A stretch of DNA of 64,000 nucleotides from Macrostomum hystrix (lineage: Eukaryota > Animalia > Platyhelminthes), in the NCBI GenBank assembly GCA_950097015.1, contig CATNEN010000039.1, positions 17,670,001-17,734,000 on the forward strand, in the 5' to 3' direction. The position numbers and the translations under genes were made by a program. Under the pieces are notes generated by a model. The model had not been told where the DNA came from and made no database searches. It saw only the letters and a program-made list of their open reading frames with translations. The first letter of the stretch is position 1. The number at the start of each line of letters is the position of its first letter. Below, piece after piece: positions 1 to 9,900 of the stretch.

Positions 1-775
1 ACATGTTTTATTATTCATAAATGAAATTGCTATAATTTGCTGGAGAAAAAAAGCAAAGGCAGAATTAGTAGATTTGAGAATTACTCCAACTAATTTACTT
101 TTGTCTTCCATGTATGTACACTGTTCCATTTGATATAAAATAATGTAAAAATATACACCGGCTATCGAGGGTATCATCGGCTGTGACCGAGGACGCGCAG
201 CGCCCAGCGCCCGAGGTCATAGACATTGATGCCCGAAATAGCCGGTATATATTTTCATTGAGCAACGCTGGGGTTCCCCTGCCGTTCTGTTTGCACCATA
301 GACACATAGTTTTATTGGCGGGAGTCCCAGCGTTGCTCAATGAAAATACACACTTAACCACGGAATACACAGAATAGTGTATTCTGTGCACTTAACGTTA
401 GAAATACAAGAATCCATAGGGAATTCCCCATAGACATCGTTTAACGAAGTTCATTAAAACCCTTGCTCAGCGTTGTTCAATGAAGAATTCTATTTAAATT
501 GTGTTTCGGTCTATGACTTATATACATAACATCTGCACACACCAATGTACATAGATTAGTTTAGTCTATGTCTAGCCTTTGTTTAGATGGAAGTGGGTGG
601 ATAACGTAAATAAAAATAAAATTTCTGTGATAAAAATTTTGTTTAGACTCAAACGAGCAGCTTGTTCTGATCATTCCAATGTGAAATAAAACACAGCAGT
701 CAAGGCTAGAGATTAATTAATGAGGAGATAACTATTTTAGTCACTGTTATTCCACATGAGAATCGAACCTGCTGG

Positions 776-3561
776 TCACGGTAGAGTAGACATGATGCTC
801 TTCAGGTTGCTGTTCTTAGTCTTCTGCACTAGCAGGCAGAGTTTGGACATAGACACTCGCTGCTCAACTAGATGAGGCAGCGAGATCGGTATGCGATTAT
901 AATCGATTTTATTCTCGAAGATGCCAATGCTGCTAGGAATGAGGTCTGATGCCAGGTGAACCAGGTAGCCATTCACATACAGACAGTTGCAAGCCGCGTC
1001 CTCAGGTAGTTGAATGATACGATAATTATATGTGGCCTTCCAGTTGATCTCCTTCAGCGTCTTCTGGGCGCTGGGATTCAAGCCGACAGCGATCACGTTG
1101 GCGCCGGCCATACAGACCAGATCCTTCAATGATGTGTGTCCAGCCTTCTTGGACTCCAGCGGGTGCACAGTCACGGTGGTGACGGGATACTCCGGGAAGG
1201 TCTTGGCGACACAGGTGGCGCCGGCTTCGTTTGTGTGCGGCGAGATGCCGACGATGATTTCTTTGCCTGCGGGAGCGCCGAGGATGCTCTTTAGCAGACT
1301 CTGGGCTTCTACTAGAGATGAGGCAGGGGAGAGATGAGGCAGGGGAGAGATGAGGCAGGGGAGAGATGAGGCAGGGGAGAGATCAGACAGGAAGAGATGA
1401 GTCATGGGAGAGTTGAGACATGGGAGAGATAAGACATGGGAGGGATGAGACACGGGAGAGATGAGACAACGGGGAGATGAGACAGGTAAGATGTGAGACA
1501 CGGGAGAGATGAAACAGGGGAGAGGTGAGACAGGGGAGAGGTGAGACAGGAGAGAGGTGAGACAGGGGAGAGATGAGACAGGGAAGAGGTGAGACACGGG
1601 AGAGATAAGACACGGGAGAGATGAGACGGGAGAGATAAGACACGGGAGAGATGAGACACTGGAGAGATGAGACACGGGAGGGATGAGACTGGGGAAAAAG
1701 GAGAGGCATTCGCTCGGGTCATAGTGTCGTAGTCAGTAACTTTGAGGGCTGTATGTATGGGCATTAGCTTATTTTTTCTATCAGTCACAGCAGGTAAAAG
1801 TTAAATTATTCTAACAAGTTTGTTACATCGATTAAAATGAAGTGTAAACTAATGATTACAAGAAAGTGCAAACAACGAATGAAAATGATCATTATTTATA
1901 CTAACTTTCCTACTTGTAAGTAGCAACAGTAGAACAATTTTTTTTGTTTAAGTTAATAAACAATAGCTCACCAGTGAAAAGTACATCGCTGCCCTCTAGC
2001 ACAGCTCCATCAATGGATATCTCGGCCACTTTCATGCCAAGTTGTCTTTTTAATGTTTGGCGGATAGCACTGACCTGTGACATGGAGTGGGATCTCCAGA
2101 ATACATTTTCGGAGGCATGATTTTGCACAAAAAATACCAAAAGCTTCAACTTATTACCTTTTGATTATATATAAAATTGGCTTACACAGAAAATTCTAAG
2201 TGTTAAGTTTTATGCAAAAATGACTGCTCATCAATTCTCTGTTTTAAGCTCTAAAGACGGTCAAAGACAATTATATTTTAATTTTTATTTTCTTAGATTC
2301 AGCTAAATATAAGTAGGCTATTATTTTGTACATCAAAATTTGGAAAAAGAAATTGCCACTAAAATGTGCATCTAGTAATTTTTCATAGTTTACTATTATA
2401 ATACTTAATAAGATTACTACCTAACTAGCTATGATGTGAAAAAGGTGTAGTAGAGCATATAATAATGCTAATATAAATATTAGACAAGTTGTAAAGATAG
2501 CTGGCTAGTGCATAAAAATAATCAAAGAAATAAAGAAAGCATTAGCATATCTGCATTCTGCTAATAAGCTCTACTAATTTTTCTACTGTTAACTAACATA
2601 TACTTTAAGTCTATTAACAGCATGCCAGCACTGTCATTGATTGTGGATATAAACTACCTGTGCAACACTATCAAACTGACTGAGAGGAACATTCCAATTT
2701 TGACACACTATCCTGTAAACTTGGACACAAAATTTGACACTCATCATATTGTTTTCTATTGTTTTAAAATGATTTCCCAATGTTTTTGCATCAGTTTGAA
2801 ATGATTTTTTTCAGTAAAACTGTTTAATGAATGATTTAAAACGAATGCCCACATTTTATAAATTACAATTATCAGTTTTATCCTGATGTAGATGAACATA
2901 TTACTGGATGCCATGCTGGTGTGCACTGGCATTGCTATTTACTATAAATAAATATCAACATAAATATGAGCATTAGTTATTTGACATATATATTAAATTA
3001 ATTAATTAATTAACATTAATTAACATATATTAATAAGCACTCATGGCCTCTGCTGGTGATGCAGCCAAGCTTTGAAGCACACTTTGTGATGCTGCACAAG
3101 GTGCTCTCAAGCTATAGCTATTGCTGCTGTTGCAGTACTACTGTTATAGACTTATAGGCTTGTAGCTAAACAGGCACATCAGATTATAGCTAATTAAGCA
3201 AAAGCAAGAACTAGATATACAAATAAATTTGTTAATTTATAAATATTCCAGAAAATTTTTATTTTACATAAAATTAAAGTAGAAGAAAGTCGTGAAAACA
3301 ACGAACCTCTCCTTGCCTATTGCCATAGGGGTTGCACATCAGCGCTATGTTGTTTATAATTACTGCTGTGTCATCTACAAATGGGCTCGTAGGATGCCGC
3401 TCCTCAACATCGATTTCAAGAATGTCTATAGCACTCTGACGAAGAATTTCAACAAGCGTCTCTTGCTCTTCGTTTGCTTGATCTACATTGATTTTGGGAT
3501 ATTTTTGTGCAAACGATTTTGGAATTCGTTGAACAATCGCATAGTTGTACTTAAATGCCAT
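776..3561 (-). CDS. DDAH: Dimethylarginine dimethylaminohydrolase-like protein (amidinotransferase fold), 3 exons, ~282 aa, probably catalytically inactive
   Basis: Exons 3561-3307, 2074-1972 and 1266-776 join in frame with GT/AG sites (GAG|GTTCGT, CAG|GTC; CTG|GTGAG, CAG|GC). The product has DDAH motifs FVDDTAV, LEGSDVLFTGKEIIVGIS, TNEAGA, CMAGANVIAVG and AACNCLYVN. Confidence 0.9.
1314..1694. repeat. ~17-bp minisatellite (GAGAGATGAGACAGGGG) in DDAH intron 2
   Basis: Visible tandem array; same family as 62905-63828. Confidence 0.9.
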
Positions 3562-4615
3562 GATATTGCAACGCAAATGTGTTAACTAACAGATTATTGG
3601 CTTTTGGTATTGAAACAAATGAATTGTCTCTTAAAGCTCACCTATCAAAGTTTCGCTTAAAATGGCGCATTTAATAAATAAATCTGAACATGAACTAATA
3701 TATCGTTTCTCGTAAAAAACAGAGTTTTAAGTTATCGCTAAAATTAACTCAACCTTATAAGTAAAACAACTTTTTCTTAAAAAATGTATAATAATCGCCT
3801 CAGAAACAGCTAAGCGTGTGTGAATTAACTAAATGAATCTGTCAAAAACCTAGTTAAAATTAGCACAATTCGCTTAAAAGTTGGCTTGAAAAATTAGCCG
3901 ATTTTTACTTTTTCTACATTTTGTTCGGGCATTTTTGGTATCGACTATGGTATACGAAGTCTACTCTTATTTAAAACTGACGAGTCTGGAAGAATTGAAC
4001 TGGTGCAAGTTTAGGATGCATATTCGGATACAAGTCATCTATCTTAGACAATCGAATACGAGCGTAAATTGAGTGTTGCTAAAATAGGCAAAAAAACGAA
4101 AAATAATTGGACGATGGCTTCTATGATTACGTCACTTTTGAATATTTCTTCGATCGATTATTTGTACTTTGTATTATTTAGCAAAAATAGAAAACAATGC
4201 TTCCTAAAAATATATTGCCTTTACAAAAATATTTTACAAATTTAAAATTCTAATAGTGGAAAATCTAAAATTACAGCAAGCTCTTTACTGCATGACTGGA
4301 CTTTAATTACACCTTCTGCGAGCATGCACGTCACAGATAATGGCATGCAGAGCATAAGATTTCTGAGTTATACGCGAAAAATGGAAGATACTTTCATCTT
4401 AAGTCAGGTTTACAAAAGTTTTTAAGAATCCGCCAATTATTTTCCATCTCTAGCGAATTAAGATAGCAAATATAGGAAGATACAATTAAGAGTTATATAA
4501 AATAACTTTACGATGTGATAGCCTCTTAATTACTAATTCGATTTTTATAGTTAGTTATAGTAATTTAGTTAATTCTATTTGAAGCTCGAATTACAAGTGC
4601 ATCTACAGCTGTACT

Positions 4616-5134
4616 TTACGATGATTCCGCAGCTGCAATGCGTCCCAATGTAGCGGTGGCATTTTCCGTTACGTGACGACGTTCTTCAAAAGCTTCAAAT
4701 CTAGCCAGCAGTTCAGAGAAGCTCAGTGAACGCTCACTTTTTGCTGAGCTGGCTATGGCGATAGAAAAAGCATCCTTGCCAGCGCTGCAGATTTTGCAGC
4801 TTAGAACAGCAGATCTACTTGACACTCGCCGTCCATCCGGTGTGGACATTGCGTTAAACTGGCGCACCGTAGCTGCAACGCGTCCTACAATTGAAGTGCT
4901 GGACTCGGGTGCCTCGGATTTCGTAGCCAAATTTTTCTGGAGCTCCCTAGTGTGACACATTGGTGTGCAGCTACTTTGTGTCACAATCGTAGCAATTCTA
5001 GAATCGGAGGTCGCCTTGGCAACTGACGAAGTTGTGAGCATTGACGATGGCAGATCTTGAATAACAAGGGCCTCTTCTAATTGAGGCTGTTGCAACGGTA
5101 AAGCAACCTCACATAACATAACGGGACTGTCCAT
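4616..5134 (-). CDS. Hypothetical Ser/Thr/Ala-rich protein (172 aa)
   Basis: ATG-initiated ORF, GC-richer than its flanks, preceded by a TTTCAG acceptor (AG within 5138-5140). No recognisable domain. Confidence 0.4.
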   Translation of the reverse strand: MDSPVMLCEVALPLQQPQLEEALVIQDLPSSMLTTSSVAKATSDSRIATIVTQSSCTPMCHTRELQKNLATKSEAPESSTSIVGRVAATVRQFNAMSTPDGRRVSSRSAVLSCKICSAGKDAFSIAIASSAKSERSLSFSELLARFEAFEERRHVTENATATLGRIAAAESS

Positions 5135-5284
5135 TGTCTGAAATTATTTTTTTACATTTATTCGCTGTTTAACAGTTGAAAGCTTGACAACGCGACGGCG
5201 TTTTTTCTGCATCTCGCCTAATATTCAACCAATCGCCATGGAACACTGGTTAAAATTTTCCACTCTAGCTAAAAAACTTTCACA

Positions 5285-5426
5285 ATCACAAAACATTGGC
5301 ATCGTCGAGATATCAAACGATTCTCGTGAGAGTGTCTTAATTTTCTTCTGAAAAAATTATCATGTAATTATGCCCGCTATTATTGTTAAATTATTTTATT
5401 TTTGAACCAATATGGATTCGCCACAT
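5285..5426 (+). repeat. Truncated copy of a dispersed repeat also found at 29951-30101
   Basis: aatcacaaaacattggcatcgtcgagatatcaaacgattctcgt...gctattatt...ttttgaaccaatatggattcg aligns with tatcgcaaaacaccggcatagtcgcgatattcaacgactcttgt...gctattatt...ttttgaaccaatatagattcg. Confidence 0.65.
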
Positions 5427-5738
5427 GGGTCGGTGGCAGAGCGGTTATCGCGTTTGCCTCTCGCACCACGGTCCCTAAGTTCGATTCCACGGCGAGGCCA
5501 CATTTATTTGGGGCGCAGCCGCGGAGAGAAGGCTTGGGGTGCTTGTCGTGCAATTTATGCCCTTGAGGGGCCAACCTCCAAGGCACAGTGAAATCGTACA
5601 CTGGCCTGACGATGAGAAAGTCAGGGCAGATGTACACACCTGTGTGAACGTGTGCCTGCGTACAGTATCTGTGTGCGTGTGTGCTCAGGAGTCAGCGAAA
5701 CGGGCAGAATTGCCATTGCCCGTAAGTAAGTAAGTAAG
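5427..5738 (+). mobile_element. tRNA-derived SINE with (TAAG)4 tail
   Basis: Pol III A box TGGCAGAGCGG (5434-5444), B box AGTTCGATTCC (5478-5488), and a 3' stem-loop ACGGGCA...TGCCCGT directly before (TAAG)4 at 5723-5738. Confidence 0.75.
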
Positions 5739-6513
5739 CCTTAAAGTAAGGAATTTTTCGTTCAAAACGCACCTCAAATACTACTCGTTGCCGCACGGGA
5801 GTCACTCCGGCGTCCACCGAGGTTACGACGTTCGCCTCACCGGCTGCGCGAGTCCCTGCCGAGCCTTCGAGACTGTCGCTGCCCTGATCCACTGTCGGAC
5901 GCATCGGCGTCAGAAAAAATGGCTGCGGAGGATACGGCGCCATAGGAATCGTGAGCTGAGCCAGTGTCAGCTTCTGGAACGAATGACGTTGTACACTGGC
6001 GAAGGGACCCGTAGTTGCCGATGTTGCTGCAGCTGCTTCTGCTCTTGTGTTGGTCTTTCTACGACAAGCAGTAAGTAACTGCCGCCTCCGAGACCCCGGC
6101 TGACTAAATGATCCACCACATATTTTCCACAATGGCTTCTTATTAGTCTTAGCTGTTGTACAAAATCTTCCGTGTTTTGACTGCGCTCTCATTGGCTGCG
6201 GCTTTATTTCACTAGTCTCCGACGATTTGTCTGTCTGGTCATCATCACTTGACGATTTTAAGTCGCATGATTGGACAGTCAAAGCCTTGCTAACGCTGGC
6301 GACATCGCGATGGCCATCGTCGTATTCTTCTGTCCAGAGATCGCGACGTCCAACCCCGGCTGGTTCATGTGACGTTTTAAACAGCCTGCGAAGGAAGCGC
6401 AACAGCCGACTGCCCTGCGATTTGATTGGCCTCCTGGCCGACTGCACACAGGTGCCACTTTCTGTTGCTTGGTGATAGTCGGGTGCTAAGTGATAGGACA
6501 GCTTGTTTGGCAT
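5692..6513 (-). CDS. Hypothetical low-complexity basic protein (273 aa); C-terminus runs into the antisense SINE tail
   Basis: ATG-initiated, non-repetitive 822-nt ORF in a GC-richer island. No recognisable domain. Confidence 0.45.
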   Translation of the reverse strand: MPNKLSYHLAPDYHQATESGTCVQSARRPIKSQGSRLLRFLRRLFKTSHEPAGVGRRDLWTEEYDDGHRDVASVSKALTVQSCDLKSSSDDDQTDKSSETSEIKPQPMRAQSKHGRFCTTAKTNKKPLWKICGGSFSQPGSRRRQLLTACRRKTNTRAEAAAATSATTGPFASVQRHSFQKLTLAQLTIPMAPYPPQPFFLTPMRPTVDQGSDSLEGSAGTRAAGEANVVTSVDAGVTPVRQRVVFEVRFERKIPYFKAYLLTYGQWQFCPFR

Positions 6514-6918
6514 TGTTGGAAACTAGATTAGCAGGGGTTGAGTGTTAGAGAGAGAGAAAGAAAGATAAGCAAGTTTTGTTCTGCGAGCGACTCATTCAGG
6601 ATAGAAAGAAATTATATCTTCGGCCATAGACAAAAGCACTGAATAGCTTTAATTATCCCTAACTAACGATTAGATTCTTGATTCGTGCCCAAATCGCTGA
6701 TTTTAGCCATAGAATCGTGTGAACTATTGTTATGGAAGCAGGAAATAAATATATGGAGTAAAGTAAATAATGTAATTGCAAGTACTCTTCATTTTCTTCC
6801 ATTTAATTTTCAAAATGCTACTCTAATACTAATAAGATACTAAACTACAAAAGAAGCGATATATCTTAGCAATCGGTTCAGTTCGATTAGATTTTGCAAT
6901 CACATTTTTGTCAGCAAT

Positions 6919-9900
6919 TCACAGCAAAACGCAGCAATTGTATTTATCGGAATTTTCCTCGTCACTGTCCTGACATCCCGGATTTCGCTGATCCTGACGA
7001 ACCTCAAGGCCGGCTGATCGGCGACGCCCAGCGTCCTGCAGTTTGACGACGCCGGACGAAGCGGCCGCTCCTGTTGAAGCAGCCGACCCTCCGGTTGGAG
7101 GTGAGCGCGAAGATTTACGACCGGCAGCTGGCAGGTGGGCGCCCATGAGGATGCGGCCTGCCTCGGCCAGCATCTCCGACACGCCATCACCTGGCGGTTT
7201 GACACGGTTTGCTCCCTTCATTTATCATGGTTGGATTATGTCGTTTCATAGCTGGGATTTTGTCATTTCATAGCTGGGATTTTGTCATTTCATGGCTGGG
7301 ATTTTGTCATTTCATAGCTGGGATTTTGTCATTTCATAGCTGGGATTTTGTCATTTCATGGCTGGGATTATGTCATTTCATAGCTGGGATTTTATCATTT
7401 ATAGCTGAGATTTATATCTTTAGTTATAGGCATTTAGATATGAATGGGTGGGATTTTATCACTTTATCATCGCAATGTTGTCATTTTTGGCTGGGATTTT
7501 GGAACTCATCATGGTTGGGAGTTTTGCAATTTTCTGATGGGATCATATCTATTTTCTTCTAATATCGTGTCGTTTATGTTCGTGTTTTCCGAATTTTCAT
7601 AATTTTATTTCGTAATTAGTTTAGTCGCTTTCCCTTCATGAACCGTTTCGCCAGCCGCCAAACTCACCAGTCTTGGCTGACAACTGAAACACCTGACTGC
7701 AGCCAAACTCACCAGTCTTGGCTGACAACTGAAACACCTGACTGCAGCCAAACGTTGAAGCAAAATTTTGAAGTTGGCCGTTTGAAATTTCCTGCGTCAG
7801 GTCGTTCTTATTCGCGATGATAATCTTTACACCTGAATGAAATTATTAGGATTGTTAGAATTAAGCAAACTTTTCTAAAGCTGTCTTGTCAAATCAGCTG
7901 CTCACAATCTTTGCAGTAGAAGTCCACATCCTGATTCCAGCGGTGCAAATTGTCTAGCGAGGTCTTGTCGTCAAGACTGCAGACTAGCAGGGCGCAATGG
8001 CAGTGTCGGTAGTAATTTCTGGTGAGTGTTCGAAATCGCTCCACACCGGCTGTGTCCCACACGGCCAACTGAAATGCGAGATGGATTAGCCGAGTAGATT
8101 GACGGATTAGCAAAGATTATAAACGAATTAGCTAAGTAGATAGATTAGCTAAGTAGATAGACAGATTAGCTAAGTAGATAGACAGATTAGCTAAGTAGAT
8201 AGACAGATTAGCTAAGTAGATAGACAGATTAGCTAAGTAGATAGACAGATTAGCTAAGTAGATAGACAGATTAGCTAAGTAGATAGACAGATTAGCTAAG
8301 TAGATAGACAGATTAGCTAAGTAGATAGACAGATTAGCTAAGAAGATAGACGGATTAGATAAGAAGACAGACGGATTAGCTAAGTAGATAGACAGATTAG
8401 CTAAGAAGATAGACAGATTAGCTAAGAAGATAGACGGATTAGCTAAGTAGATAGACAGATTAGCTAAGTAGATAGACAGATTAGCTAAGTAGATAGACAG
8501 ATTAGCTAAGTAGATAGACAGATTAGCTAAGAAGATAGACGGATTAGCTAAGTAGATAGACGGATTAGATAAGAAGACAGACGGATTAGCTAAGTGGATA
8601 GACAGATTAGTTAAGAAGATAGACAGATTAGTTAAGAAGATAGACGGATTAGCTAAGAAGATAGACGGATTAGCTAGACGAATTTAAAGAAACCACGCAC
8701 ACAGAGTAGGAATCTCTCTTAATTGCAAGTTGAATCTGTCGACCAATATTTCGGCCCTTTCTGGGCCTTCGTCAGGGTCCGTTTATTTGAAGAGCGAAGA
8801 GAGCGAAGTTTGAGCGAGACTTTTATAGCGACAAATAAATGGTATTGAGAGTGGATAGGCTGAGCAGGCACGATGAGTAGTAGTAGTAGATAGATAGACG
8901 GATTAGCTAAGTAGATAGACAGATTAGCTAAGAAGATAGACGGATTAGCTAAGTAGATAGACGGATTAGATAAGAAGATAGACAGATTAGCTAAGAAGAT
9001 AGACGGATTAGATAAGAAGACAGACGGATTAGCTAAGTAGAAAGACAGATTAGCTAAGTAGATAGACAGATTAGCTAAGTAGATAGACAGATTAGTTAAG
9101 AAGATAGACAGATTAGCTAAGTAGATAGACAGATTAGCTAAGTAGATAGACGGATTAGCTAAGAAGATAGACGGATTAGCTAAGTAGATAGACGGATTAG
9201 ATAAGAAGACAGACGGATTAGCTAAGTAGAAAGACAGATTAGCTAAGAAGATAGACAGATTAGCTAAGTAGATAGACAGATTAGCTAAGTAGATAGACAG
9301 ATTAGATAAGAAGACAGACGGATTAGCTAAGTAGAAAGACAGATTAGCTAAGAAGATAGACGGATTAGCTAAGTAGATAGACAGATTAGCTAAGAAGATA
9401 GACGGATTAGCTAAGTAGATAGACAGATTAGCTAAGTAGATAGACGGATTAGCTAAGAAGACAGACGGATTAGCTAAGTAGAAAGACAGATTAGCTAAGA
9501 AGATAGACGGATTAGCTAAGTAGATAGACAGATTAGATAAGAAGACAGACGGATTAGCTAAGTAGAAAGACAGATTAGCTAAGAAGATAGACGGATTAGC
9601 TAAGTAGATAGACAGATTAGCTAAGTAGATAGACAGATTAGCTAAGTAGATAGACAGATTAGCTAAGTAGATAGACAGATTAGATAAGAAGACAGACGGA
9701 TTAGCTAAGTAGAAAGACAGATTAGCTAAGAAGATAGACGGATTAGCTAAGTAGATAGACAGATTAGCTAAGAAGATAGACGGATTAGCTAAGTAGATAG
9801 ACAGATTAGCTAAGAAGATAGACGGATTAGCTAAGTAGATAGACGGATTAGATAAGAAGATAGACAGATTAGCTAAGAAGATAGACGGATTAGATAAGAA

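Noticed and set aside
5427-5500. Possible tRNA gene
   Set aside because: A and B boxes are present but there is no proper cloverleaf, and it continues into a SINE body and tail.
5684-5724. Hammerhead-like motif at the SINE 3' end (CTCAGGA-G-TCAG-C-GAAAC-GGGCA...TGCCC-GTA)
   Set aside because: The core reads CUCAGGA rather than CUGANGA and no helix I can form; better explained as the LINE-type 3' stem-loop. Worth rechecking in the family consensus.
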